Made by a program: the position numbers and the translations under genes. DNA of 64,000 nt from a virus. The notes beneath the pieces are model-generated. The model did no database searches. It was not told where the DNA came from and was given only the letters and a program-made list of their open reading frames with translations. Every line of letters begins with the position of its first letter. Positions within the stretch are counted from its first letter, which is position 1. Of the stretch, positions 39,031 to 47,559 are shown in pieces. Where the stretch lies: the UHGV virus genome UHGV-1366123; one strand, written 5' to 3'.

Positions 39031-40417
39031 AGACATCCTCGGTGAGGATCTTTTCAAGGAATATGAACGTGTGATGAGGAGCACGGCAGAAGTCGACATG
39101 TGTAAGATACACTTCGATGAGATTCCTGCATGTCCTCTGGAAGGATGTCACTTGACGATACCTTCCGACATAAAGCCTGTGATTGACAAGTCGTTATTAG
39201 ACGCTGTCGACAAACTCACAAAGCAAGAAGAACCACCATTTTCAATTGATGAATGTTTGTCTTCGATTAGTTCTACTATAAGTAACGTATCTACAAGAGT
39301 AGAGAAAGATAAAGGAACAATTCGAAGAATACTTGAACTTTCCAAAGATCTGTCTTTGATTTATGCTTGCTCTTTTATCCACGAGAAATCTTTAAAAGAT
39401 AGATCGAAGATAACTGGTCTTGAAGCGGGTATCCCTTCGAGAGTTTATGATGTGATTAAAAATGCCCATCAAAAATCATCATCACCAATAGAGAGAGTTG
39501 AAGATCTCTCTCGAAAACTCAACTTTGAGAGTTTGGAGAAACTTCTCGAATCTCTTGATTATGCTCTTCGTATATTCAACAATTGTACAAACAGCAAGAG
39601 GAAGTACGATTCGAAGAATGCGATAAAGATCTTCGGGAAGAAGGATGGTAAAAAACTGAAGTCGAGAATCTTCCATCAGTCTTACGTAGAACACTTCATT
39701 ATAGACTTTTGTAACAAGTTCGTAGTTTTCGATACAGAACTCAAAGAGAAACAGATCGTGGATGATCTTCGAGCGGTGAAATGTGTAATACAGTCAATGA
39801 TCGGTGACGAAGGTGTTAAAGATCAATCGAACATCAACACTAACACTAATCAAGATGCTGATATGTCTTTACGTGAAATCTCCAGAAATCCAAAGGCTTA
39901 TGACATCACAAAGCCTGCATATTGGAGAAAGTTCACGAGTTTCTTGAACATTGTCTCGGTGATCCCTACGTATTGGACAACTGGTATAATCCTTCCACCT
40001 TCCACACCTATCAAGCTTCCGATCATCCACAAGTTCATGGTGGTCATTCCTGCAGTCATAATTGGGAAGATCTTCGTGATATGGCTAACTATCAATGGTG
40101 TTGTGGTTTTCCCCACGATGCTTGAAATAGACCTTAATCGAAAAGTCTCGTCCACATGGAGGATTCTCTTCCGTGGAGGATCTGTGAAGATAAAAGACAA
40201 TGGAGGATCGATTGTTATAAACACAAACTTAAAGACGGAGACGGAAAATGGAGGATCTGCAATAGTCGACACGAATCCTTCCGAATTCCAATCTCTTGCT
40301 ATACAATCTGACGATTTCCCACCTTTTGAGAGAATGGGAATGAATAATTTACAATTCATAGCTTTCCTCAACGAAATGATGAGGAAGCAAGTGCCTTATA
40401 TGGGCTTCCCTGTGTAG
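38999..40417 (+). CDS. hypothetical protein with a hydrophobic segment
   Basis: 472 aa; IIHKFMVVIPAVIIGKIFVIWLTINGVVVF TM-like stretch. Confidence 0.35.
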   Translation: MSIKMKTTSIKDILGEDLFKEYERVMRSTAEVDMCKIHFDEIPACPLEGCHLTIPSDIKPVIDKSLLDAVDKLTKQEEPPFSIDECLSSISSTISNVSTRVEKDKGTIRRILELSKDLSLIYACSFIHEKSLKDRSKITGLEAGIPSRVYDVIKNAHQKSSSPIERVEDLSRKLNFESLEKLLESLDYALRIFNNCTNSKRKYDSKNAIKIFGKKDGKKLKSRIFHQSYVEHFIIDFCNKFVVFDTELKEKQIVDDLRAVKCVIQSMIGDEGVKDQSNINTNTNQDADMSLREISRNPKAYDITKPAYWRKFTSFLNIVSVIPTYWTTGIILPPSTPIKLPIIHKFMVVIPAVIIGKIFVIWLTINGVVVFPTMLEIDLNRKVSSTWRILFRGGSVKIKDNGGSIVINTNLKTETENGGSAIVDTNPSEFQSLAIQSDDFPPFERMGMNNLQFIAFLNEMMRKQVPYMGFPV

Positions 40418-40435
40418 TTAGAAAGAAAACAGAAG

Positions 40436-40912
40436 ATGCTTCAAAATCCTAATCCGAATAACGTCAGAGGTTATAAACAAGGTTACTACATTCCAATCAA
40501 TAAGGACAAGTTTGTTGGTCATTTGAATAAAGAAGGTGTTCCGTACAGATCATCTTTGGAACTCAAGTTCATGAGACTTATTGATTCGAATCCGAATGTA
40601 GAAAAGTGGACATACGAACACCCCGACACAAAGATCTCATATTTCGATCCAATGATGCAAAAACAGAGGACTTATTACCCAGATTTTTGGATGCAGATGA
40701 GAGTGAAGGGAGAACTTAAAACGTTCCTCATAGAAGTAAAACCCTACTCTCAAACCCAGATTCCGAAGAAATCTACAAGGAAATCGAAATCGACATATAG
40801 TAGAGAACTACAGACAAATCTGAATGTTGAAGTAAAGAGAAGATCTGCAGAAAAGTTCTGTGCAGAGAGAGGTTGGAAATATCTCTTTGTGACAGAGAAG
40901 TTCTTCAAGTGA
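40436..40912 (+). CDS. putative PD-(D/E)xK nuclease
   Basis: YYPDFWMQMRVKGELKTFLIEVK (D..E.K). Confidence 0.35.
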   Translation: MLQNPNPNNVRGYKQGYYIPINKDKFVGHLNKEGVPYRSSLELKFMRLIDSNPNVEKWTYEHPDTKISYFDPMMQKQRTYYPDFWMQMRVKGELKTFLIEVKPYSQTQIPKKSTRKSKSTYSRELQTNLNVEVKRRSAEKFCAERGWKYLFVTEKFFK

Positions 40913-40935
40913 AGGATACCTCTTCTGATTAAAGA

Positions 40936-41027
40936 GAGGTACTTTCCTTGAGCTTGGAGGTACTTGGAGGTACTTTCACCCCACCGATAATTCTCGAATG
41001 CAAGGAAAGTACCTCTCTTTAATTCGA
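40936..41027. repeat. palindromic ~90-bp element copy
   Basis: agaggtactttccttgagc ... gcaaggaaagtacctctc, flanked by cctcttctgatta / tttaattcgac. Confidence 0.5.
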
Positions 41028-41145
41028 CAAACCAGAATAACTTCGAAGGTTGATCTAAAGACAATCCCGATATACAGAAAAGGCGACAACTCTCTAAATC
41101 GAGTTGTCGCCTTTTCAACAACAAAAAGTGGTATCACATACGATG

Positions 41146-41216
41146 TTGTCCCTCATTGATTCGAACAAAGACTAACAGAGCCAAGGTCTGTTGTGCTACC
41201 ATTACACCAAAGGACA
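41146..41216 (-). tRNA. tRNA-Gln(TTG) candidate
   Basis: Acceptor TGTCCTT/AGGGACA with 2 GU pairs; D-arm GTGTAATGGTAGCAC; anticodon stem ACAGA/TCTGT, loop CCTTGGC (C33 is unusual); T-loop TTCGAAT. Confidence 0.5.
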
Positions 41217-41260
41217 ATTCGAATGTCCCTCCGCCGTCTACTACGTTCAAGGGACTGATG

Positions 41261-41335
41261 GGTGATGGATGGGACTTGAACCCACAACCAATAGAACCAC
41301 AACCTATTGCTCTAACCAATTTGAGCTACCATCAC
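41261..41335 (-). tRNA. tRNA-His(GTG)
   Basis: GTGATGG acceptor; D-arm GCTC-AAATTGGTTA-GAGC; anticodon loop TTGTGGT; T-arm GTGGG-TTCAAGT-CCCAT; 3' CCATCAC. Confidence 0.7.
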
Positions 41336-41423
41336 AGACGTAGTGAGAGGTTTCGCTCCTCTGAATATCTTCATCAAGAAGCACTACGTTTGATAAAAAG
41401 GTGGCGAGTTGTCCATACTCTTC

Positions 41424-41496
41424 TCAGTCTGGTAGGATTCGAACCTACATCATCTAAGAACCACCTTATAGGAATTTCCGATTATTCTACAGACTG
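41424..41496 (-). tRNA. tRNA-like gene with an aberrant anticodon arm (4-bp stem, 6-nt loop)
   Basis: Perfect acceptor CAGTCTG/CAGACTG, D-arm GAAT-AATCGGAA-ATTC, T-arm GTAGG-TTCGAAT-CCTAC, but the anticodon region TATAAGGTGGTTCTTAG does not fold canonically. Confidence 0.4.
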
Positions 41497-41862
41497 AACA
41501 ACAAACGATAATGAAGATTCAAAATGCTGAATATCTGCAAATCGGAAACTATGATTGATTCATCTTTTAGACAGCTATGGACAATACCGAATGGGGTATC
41601 AAACCAGTAACTTGAAGATTTTTATAGATTGCTGTAAGTCCATAATCTAAAAGACGTTTTTTCTATCTTTTTCGTCGAAATCTTTACTGCAGACGTTATC
41701 TATGAGCCAATTATGAAGATTCTGTTTGCTGTGTGTCTACAGATCCCGACATTAAGAATTCTTTAAAAGAACGCTTTGTGAATGATGACTTCCCAGTGGA
41801 CTACGTAGTTTTAGGAGCAATTGCATAGTAATTTGCTGTGAATCCAATAGATCATCATTTTG

Positions 41863-41947
41863 AGGAAGAACAGGGATTCGAACCCTGGGAACCTTGCAGT
41901 TCAACGGTTTTCAAGACCGTCGCAATCGACCACTCTGCCACTCTTCC
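41863..41947 (-). tRNA. tRNA-Ser(TGA), type II with long variable arm
   Basis: Acceptor GGAAGAG; anticodon arm ACGGT-CTTGAAA-ACCGT; long variable arm; T-arm CAGGG-TTCGAAT-CCCTG. Confidence 0.65.
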
Positions 41948-42292
41948 AATATTGAGAAAACGATGGAAATCAGACTTACACTATAATCCCGAAACGTCAC
42001 GATCTCGATCATCCAACCCCGTGGAAATCAGTACCACTTAGAGATTTAGCTTTAGAAAGTTGGACGACTTTCATCGATTTTCTCAAGCACCTTTTTTGTT
42101 GACAACCAGCAACTTAGGAGATAACACCCATTAGAGCAATGACCTTCCCATATTCATAGGTCTTCTCTGGATAGAGTTGATGTTCAATATTGCGATGCCT
42201 TCTCAAAATCCCAACCCTATGAAAGACTTCTCAAAGACAACCGTTGTATATCGTTTCAAACGGTACTAAGTCGCTTTTTCTTTTTATTTTTG

Positions 42293-42362
42293 CGAAGAGA
42301 AGAGGGATCGAACCTCTCTGATCTTTATGGCTAGATCATCAGACCTTTTTCTGAATCTCTTC
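42293..42362 (-). tRNA. tRNA-like gene with a non-canonical anticodon arm (8-nt loop AGCCATAA, or 10-nt loop)
   Basis: Acceptor GAAGAGA/TCTCTTC, D-arm CAGA-AAAAGG-TCTG, T-arm AGAGG-TTCGATC-CCTCT; the anticodon arm folds as GATCT-AGCCATAA-AGATC. Confidence 0.35.
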
Positions 42363-42405
42363 ATAAGTCTTATTATTTGATCTTCTTATCGGTTTCGTTT
42401 CTTTT

Positions 42406-42873
42406 TTATGTCCGTACAATATAAGCATCATAACCATACTGCAAACCATCAAAATAAGAGCTTATGTATTCATAACAACCTCGTAATGTTAGATATGCGT
42501 AATAGTCTGATCTTGAATTGTAGTTGCCATTTTGATAGCTATAACAAGCATTGGAGAAGTTGCTTATAAGCCGTTCCAATTTGGCAATGGTTTCATCAAC
42601 CTCTTCAGACGACTTCCAACGTAAGTGACTTAGTTTCACTCCTATAATGAAATCATCGATTTCTCGTTGATTTCTTTTTATCGTGAGCTTAAACTCATAG
42701 GGGCTGTCATAAGGATCGTCTTTGATATGTTCACGTGTCTTTGTTGTTGTTATTTCAACTTCAAACATCGGTTCTCCATCGTAATATATCGTCTGTACAG
42801 ATTGGAATATCTTGATGTTTGTCTTGTACACACCTCTATCAAGACCTTCATAAAACTCTGTAGGGCTAATCAT
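42406..42873 (-). CDS. hypothetical protein
   Basis: 155-aa minus-strand ORF. Confidence 0.35.
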   Translation of the reverse strand: MISPTEFYEGLDRGVYKTNIKIFQSVQTIYYDGEPMFEVEITTTKTREHIKDDPYDSPYEFKLTIKRNQREIDDFIIGVKLSHLRWKSSEEVDETIAKLERLISNFSNACYSYQNGNYNSRSDYYAYLTLRGCYEYISSYFDGLQYGYDAYIVRT

Positions 42874-42892
42874 TGATCTCTGTTTGATCAGT

Positions 42893-43846
42893 TCATTTAG
42901 TCGTAGTTTGTTTCTTCTTGATGATCATTCTAAAATAAGTCTGCTCGCCATTCACAGACAAATATTTCCCGTCGTTTCCCCTTCTGGATGTCACAATCTC
43001 AAATTGTTGAGGATTGAATTTATACAAGAATGTTATCGGAACCCCCATGCAACCATTGTAATCTCGTGGTATATCCTTGACCCTATCGACATTTATACCA
43101 TCATAATTGTCGTATTTGGGATATTCATGTTCGTGTCCATAGTAGTTTTTTGTAAGCGGAATATCTTCATGTCGCATAGAGTGGTTCAAATTCGTAAACC
43201 ACAGACAATTATTGGTGGGCGTGATCATATTACCAGATTCGTCCATCCATGTTTTTTTCATGTAGGGTTCATAATGGGCTGGTATGATAAACCCAGAAAA
43301 TTCGTTCCCACGATTTACACCAAGCCATGCCTTACCATCTTGAACGGATTTGAAGATTTCTTTGTTGGTGATAGAATTGATATTCCCAATAATGAGAAAG
43401 AGCTTATCGTATCTGATCAGTTGTGTCATATATTCACGGAACAACGAAAATGGTGGATTTGTAACAACTATGTCAGATTGTTCCAGCAAATCGATACTTT
43501 CTTGACTACGAAAGTCGCCATCACCATTGAAGTAAACAACATCAGCTGTCTTTGGATCTGTATCGACGAGTTCTGTCCCTGTGTATTCAAAGAAAAAACC
43601 ACGACTGTTTTCCTTATAACAAGATGCAATCACCTTCCGAAGTCCCAATTCTTTGAAATTGGAAACGAAGTATTTGAAAAAGTTACTCGTCAGAGGATCA
43701 TCACAATTGCAATACACAACTTTCCCTTTAAAATGGCTTTCATAATGTCGCAATTCTCTTTCGATATCAATAAGTTGCGTATAGAACTCGTCGTTCTTTT
43801 GCTTTCTAGCATTACGAAGTAACTTGCTGGTTGTTGCCCTTGCCAT
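42893..43846 (-). CDS. DNA N6-adenine (amino) methyltransferase
   Basis: DIVVTNPPF catalytic motif IV (NPPF), DEFYTQ N-terminal motif, CNCDDP. Confidence 0.55.
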   Translation of the reverse strand: MARATTSKLLRNARKQKNDEFYTQLIDIERELRHYESHFKGKVVYCNCDDPLTSNFFKYFVSNFKELGLRKVIASCYKENSRGFFFEYTGTELVDTDPKTADVVYFNGDGDFRSQESIDLLEQSDIVVTNPPFSLFREYMTQLIRYDKLFLIIGNINSITNKEIFKSVQDGKAWLGVNRGNEFSGFIIPAHYEPYMKKTWMDESGNMITPTNNCLWFTNLNHSMRHEDIPLTKNYYGHEHEYPKYDNYDGINVDRVKDIPRDYNGCMGVPITFLYKFNPQQFEIVTSRRGNDGKYLSVNGEQTYFRMIIKKKQTTTK

Positions 43847-43849
43847 ATT

Positions 43850-44300
43850 TCCGTCTTTTAATATAAATCTTCAGAATAGAGAATCGTCTTATCTTTTACA
43901 TCTTCTATTTGATCAGCTTCTTTAGCTATCTTACAAACTTCATACCTATCAACAAATATCACTTTAGAAGTGTAGAAGCCTTATCGTATGTGAAAAATCT
44001 GCGTTTTATCCAGTTCTCACTTCTTGTTTCAACCTGCCATTACTTTTTAGGAACACGAGGTTCGGTCATCCATAAGAGGGCAGTCCGCAAGCGTAAATTC
44101 GGTGCTACGAACACCTACTCGATTTTTTATATGTTAGACAGTTTGAAGTTTTCTTTGTCCTTCAATGAGAATGTTCTTCGAAGCGTTTATATCTCTGTCG
44201 TGATATTCACCACATTCGGGACAAGTCCAAAACCTATCACCGAGTTTCAAGTCTTTCTTCTTGTAACCACAACATAAACAAGTCTTTGAACTTGGATAGA
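43850..44300 (-). ncRNA. putative omega-RNA/right-end region of the TnpB element (boundaries unknown)
   Basis: Inference only: omega-RNAs of IS200/IS605 TnpB overlap the 3' end of tnpB and extend into the downstream non-coding DNA; a 287-bp non-coding stretch follows the tnpB stop. Confidence 0.25.
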
Positions 44301-45276
44301 ACCTATTGATAAGAACAACTCGCTTATCATTCATAAGAGCCTTATATTGCAATATCGACTTGAACCGATAAAATCCAGACTCTTGGATAGCATTCGCAAG
44401 ATAACGATTTCCAAGCATCCCTTTAATATTCAAGTCTTCCATGAACACCACGTCGTATGATTTGAGGATCTCGTTCACAACTGAGTGGATGTAGTTCTCT
44501 TTCTTGTTCGTTATATTCGCAATCACTTTTGCAAGTCTGATTCTCTGTTTGTTCCTATTGTTTGAACCTTTGACCTTTCTGGATAGTTGACGATGAAGTC
44601 TTGTGATCTTCTTTTCCTCCTTCTTGAAGAAGTGTTTGTTTTCAAACACAAATCCATCAGAGGTTATGACGAAATCTTTCACACCAAGATCAATACCGAC
44701 TTGCTTGTTGGTCTTTTCAAACTTTACAAATTCTGCTTCGGGAATGTCGATAAGGATTGATAAGAAGAAATTCCCACTCTTGGTTTTCGAGAGAGTTGCA
44801 CTTCTTATGTTATCTTTGTACTTCTGTAAGCGTTTGTGATACAAGTCAGAACAACGGAATCTGAGTTTTTGAAGAGAAGTGATTAGTGTTATATGTTTCG
44901 TTTCGAAAGTGTTCCTCTTTGAAATAGCATTACGAGGAAACAATGCTGATTGTTTGTCTTTCTTTGATTTAAACTTTGGAAAGCCTTTATGATGATTGAA
45001 GAAGTTTTGATAAGCACCGACCATCTGTTTGATTGCTTGGTTCATCACCTTTGTGTTCTGTTCTCTCAACCAAGCATATTGTTCATCTTTCAACAATGAT
45101 CCGTGGAAATATTTCGATAGATCGCTTTCGCTTAGGTTTGTCTTGTCCGTTTCATAAGCCTTTTGTTTTCTATCGAGCATGTGATTATAGACAAAACGAT
45201 AAGCACCAAGAACCTTGTTGAGTTCTTGTTCCTGCGCTTTGTTTGGATATAACCTTATTTTAATCGCTCTAAACAT
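44134..45276 (-). CDS. tnpB: TnpB (IS200/IS605-family OrfB, RNA-guided RuvC-like endonuclease)
   Basis: N-terminus MFRAIKIRLYPNKAQEQELNKVLGAYRFVYN; C-terminal zinc finger CLCCGYKKKDLKLGDRFWTCPECGEYHDRDINASKNI. Confidence 0.8.
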   Translation of the reverse strand: MFRAIKIRLYPNKAQEQELNKVLGAYRFVYNHMLDRKQKAYETDKTNLSESDLSKYFHGSLLKDEQYAWLREQNTKVMNQAIKQMVGAYQNFFNHHKGFPKFKSKKDKQSALFPRNAISKRNTFETKHITLITSLQKLRFRCSDLYHKRLQKYKDNIRSATLSKTKSGNFFLSILIDIPEAEFVKFEKTNKQVGIDLGVKDFVITSDGFVFENKHFFKKEEKKITRLHRQLSRKVKGSNNRNKQRIRLAKVIANITNKKENYIHSVVNEILKSYDVVFMEDLNIKGMLGNRYLANAIQESGFYRFKSILQYKALMNDKRVVLINRFYPSSKTCLCCGYKKKDLKLGDRFWTCPECGEYHDRDINASKNILIEGQRKLQTV

Positions 45277-45295
45277 GCCTATGATTGATTATCCA

Positions 45296-45520
45296 TTACA
45301 GATCTTTTTCTTCTGCTAATATCCTATCGAATTCCAATCTCAGACAGCGAAGATAGCCGTTCATGTATTCATACTTAGTCTGCTGGAAGAACTTCTCATC
45401 TGGTGTCAACTTCTCAAACTCTAAAGATTGGATGAAATCGAGTTGCTTCAAAGTGACTTCTTTGAACCTTTCATAGCTCTTTAAAGCTTTCCGTCTCCTC
45501 TGTCCAAATTCTTCAAACAT
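45296..45520 (-). CDS. hypothetical small protein
   Basis: 74-aa minus-strand ORF ending 19 bp before tnpB. Confidence 0.3.
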   Translation of the reverse strand: MFEEFGQRRRKALKSYERFKEVTLKQLDFIQSLEFEKLTPDEKFFQQTKYEYMNGYLRCLRLEFDRILAEEKDL

Positions 45521-45526
45521 AACCTA

Positions 45527-45739
45527 TTAATCATTAGAGATTTTTGTAACAGCACCGAACTTCTTCAACTTTTCTGCAAGATCAAGGACATCTTGATCGT
45601 TCTCTGATTCATATAGAACTGGTTCATTCTGACGGACAAGTTCCATGGCATAACTCAAAGAAATCTTTCGATAATCCATCAAGCACTTTATAACTTGAAG
45701 AGGTGCTTGACCTTTGTCTATGAGAATCAGCTTATACAT
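45527..45739 (-). CDS. ribosomal protein bL12 (L7/L12) C-terminal-domain-like or ClpS-like mini-protein
   Basis: YKLILIDKGQAPLQVIKCLMDY..ISLSYAMELVRQNEPVLYES..DVLDLAEKLKKFGAVTKI aligns by eye to the bL12 CTD ([52 protein letters not shown]); ClpS has the same fold and a similar N-terminal pattern. Confidence 0.5.
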   Translation of the reverse strand: MYKLILIDKGQAPLQVIKCLMDYRKISLSYAMELVRQNEPVLYESENDQDVLDLAEKLKKFGAVTKISND

Positions 45740-45764
45740 TTTGCTTGTTTTTATTTTTAAAAAG

Positions 45765-45831
45765 TGCTTCGTGAAGGATTCGAACCTTCATCAATTCCGT
45801 CGAATCGCTCTGGCCATTGAGCTAACGAAGC
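45765..45831 (-). tRNA. truncated tRNA-like gene; the anticodon arm is replaced by a short tetraloop hairpin
   Basis: Acceptor GCTTCGT/ACGAAGC, D-arm GCTC-AATGGCCA-GAGC, T-arm GAAGG-TTCGAAT-CCTTC, but only 16 nt (GATTC-GACG-GAATT) lie between the D-arm and T-arm. Confidence 0.4.
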
Positions 45832-46033
45832 CCTCATAGATTCCCAGTTTTAACGGAAACTGTGGCGGACTATGAACCCCTGCGTGAAACCGCACTTGAA
45901 CTTCAACCAAGATCTGTACGTACTTTAACCCAAGTGATAGGTTTTGAACCCTAATTGAAGCAGAACTATTCCCATTCTGAGAGGGGACGTTATCAACTTA
46001 AAAATTGGTGAAACGTCCTAAAGTCAACATCGG

Positions 46034-46106
46034 TACGCCATGAAGGATTTGAACCTTCGACCGCCAAGGTATAAGCTTGGAACTCTAACCACTGAGTTAA
46101 TGGCGC
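46034..46106 (-). tRNA. tRNA-Ile(TAT) candidate
   Basis: Acceptor GCGCCAT/ATGGCGT; D-arm ACTC-AGTGGTTA-GAGT; anticodon arm CCAAG-CTTATAC-CTTGG; T-arm GAAGG-TTCAAAT-CCTTC. Confidence 0.6.
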
Positions 46107-46141
46107 ATTTTCATCTTTCTATTTTCTTATTGATGGATCTT

Positions 46142-46687
46142 TTAGAACGTTTTACTGTATCCAAAAACGTCGGAAAGATCTCTCAGAGAATCATTCATAA
46201 GTATCTCGTGGACATTGTTGTAAACCGTACCAAGAAGATTCGATCCTCTCCATTTCGATTTATCAACTATACGAATATCAGTTTCAGAAAGTCCACATCC
46301 CCAGATTTTGTCATAAGGACTGGCTTCTACAAACTCATAACCTTCATTAATTAGTTGTGTGTAGTGATCTCTGATTTTCTTTGAAGATCTTAGTTTCATC
46401 AGTACCACAAAGAGCATCACATCATATCTGACAGATGACCAACGACCATCATTGTAGTTTCGAACAAGTCTTCCAAGCTCTTTACAAAAACGTGGGTTAT
46501 CAGAATTCTTGAGGATCTGCATTGCGATATCTTCGTCTCCGAAGTACTTTGCTTTCAAGAACATGAACAATGATTCACCGCAATGGAAAACAAGACCATT
46601 ATAGTTGATCTCGGATTTATAGAAGTTGCTGTAAAAATCCGAACCAGTGAAGAAAGTCACCAATTTATGATCTTTGAAAATCTTCAT
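46142..46687 (-). CDS. NADAR/YbiA-like (DUF1768) protein
   Basis: FFTGSDFYSNFYKSEINYNGLVFHCGESLFMFLKAKYF...PRFCKELGR...RWSSVRYDVMLFVVLMKL...DKIWGCG matches the NADAR pattern. Confidence 0.55.
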   Translation of the reverse strand: MKIFKDHKLVTFFTGSDFYSNFYKSEINYNGLVFHCGESLFMFLKAKYFGDEDIAMQILKNSDNPRFCKELGRLVRNYNDGRWSSVRYDVMLFVVLMKLRSSKKIRDHYTQLINEGYEFVEASPYDKIWGCGLSETDIRIVDKSKWRGSNLLGTVYNNVHEILMNDSLRDLSDVFGYSKTF

Positions 46688-46709
46688 CGTGTCTCTTGTT
46701 CTTTTTTTG

Positions 46710-46782
46710 TGATTCCAGTGGGGCTTGAACCCACAACCCCTGCATTAAAAGTGCAGTGCTCTACCTGTTGAGCTATGAAATC
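46710..46782 (-). tRNA. tRNA-Lys(TTT)
   Basis: Acceptor GATTTCA/TGGAATC; D-arm GCTC-AACAGGTA-GAGC; anticodon arm CTGCA-CTTTTAA-TGCAG; T-arm GTGGG-TTCAAGC-CCCAC. Confidence 0.65.
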
Positions 46783-46922
46783 TAAACCATTGTTCTAAGC
46801 GAATCTCTTCAAGTGAATGATTAATCGCTTCGGTATTCTTATTGTGAATGTCAAGATATTAGTTTCAATGATAGTTACCAACAGCTATTGGAGATTATCA
46901 ACAAATATTAGCAGTTCCCATG

Positions 46923-46998
46923 CCAAGAAGACCCCCCCCCGATGAATTGATTCTTTTTTATCAAAAAGAATCAATTCATCGGGGGGGGGTCTTCTTGG
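46923..46998. repeat. 76-bp perfect palindrome (36-bp arms, 4-nt loop) with C9/G9 tracts
   Basis: ccaagaagacccccccccgatgaattgattcttttt-tatc-aaaaagaatcaattcatcgggggggggtcttcttgg. Confidence 0.7.
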
Positions 46999-47016
46999 AG
47001 ATTATCGTTTATGGGT

Positions 47017-47067
47017 GAAGATTGAAGATTGAAGATTGAAGATTGAAGATTGAAGATTGAAGATTGG
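47017..47067. repeat. tandem heptamer repeat (GAAGATT) x7
   Basis: gaagattgaagattgaagattgaagattgaagattgaagattgg. Confidence 0.7.
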
Positions 47068-47120
47068 CTTCCGCATATTGAAGAAATGTGTTAAAGTGTA
47101 TTATCAACTGATACGCTTTA

Positions 47121-47203
47121 AAGGAAGGTATTTTCCTTGCGCTCTGAGAGGTTCAAGAATATGAAAATAGCGGAGAATAGATCAGAGCGCAAGGAAAGTA
47201 CCA
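47121..47203. repeat. palindromic ~85-bp element, copy A
   Basis: aaggaaggtattttccttgcgctctga ... tcagagcgcaaggaaagtacc, with inner core gaatatgaaaatagcggaga. Confidence 0.6.
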
Positions 47204-47411
47204 AGGAAAGCCAAGGAGACATATCCTTTGGAATGATGGGTTTCTGTCGGGAGACAATGACTATTTCCAAGGATTATGAGAAGACTATGACAATAATGGA
47301 GGACAATGGAAGATTATCAATGACTTGAAAGACAATGGTTGGAAAATGACTGATTTTTAGAGGATTATCAGAGGACTATCTTTTGGAAAATGGTTGGTGA
47401 TTATCGAATTA

Positions 47412-47493
47412 AAGGAAGGTACTTTCCTTGTCCTCGAAGCTATTCGAGAATATGAAAATAGCGGAGACCATACTCGAGTTCAAGGAAAGTACC
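47412..47493. repeat. palindromic ~85-bp element, copy B
   Basis: aaggaaggtactttccttgtcctcgaag ... ctcgagttcaaggaaagtacc; same inner core. Confidence 0.6.
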
Positions 47494-47559
47494 AAGGAAA
47501 TCCAAGGAGACATATTTTCGAGGATTATGGTCTCTGTGGCTAATGGGAGGAATATCTTG

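Noticed and set aside
41217-41260. T-arm-like hairpin GGACA-TTCGAAT-TGTCC between tRNA-Gln and tRNA-His
   Set aside because: Only ~45 nt are available and no acceptor or anticodon arm can be built. It is probably a tRNA remnant or spacer hairpin
41156-41497. 113-aa + strand ORF, and the minus-strand ORF 41134-41319
   Set aside because: They lie exactly over the antisense/sense of tRNA-Gln, tRNA-His and tRNA-like genes, and are an artefact of stop-poor tRNA sequence
43909-44277. 122-aa + strand ORF downstream of tnpB
   Set aside because: It overlaps the tnpB 3' end and the putative omega-RNA region on the opposite strand. It has low-complexity composition and no RBS
46040-46354. 104-aa + strand ORF
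   Set aside because: It begins inside the antisense of tRNA-Ile and lies antisense to the NADAR gene
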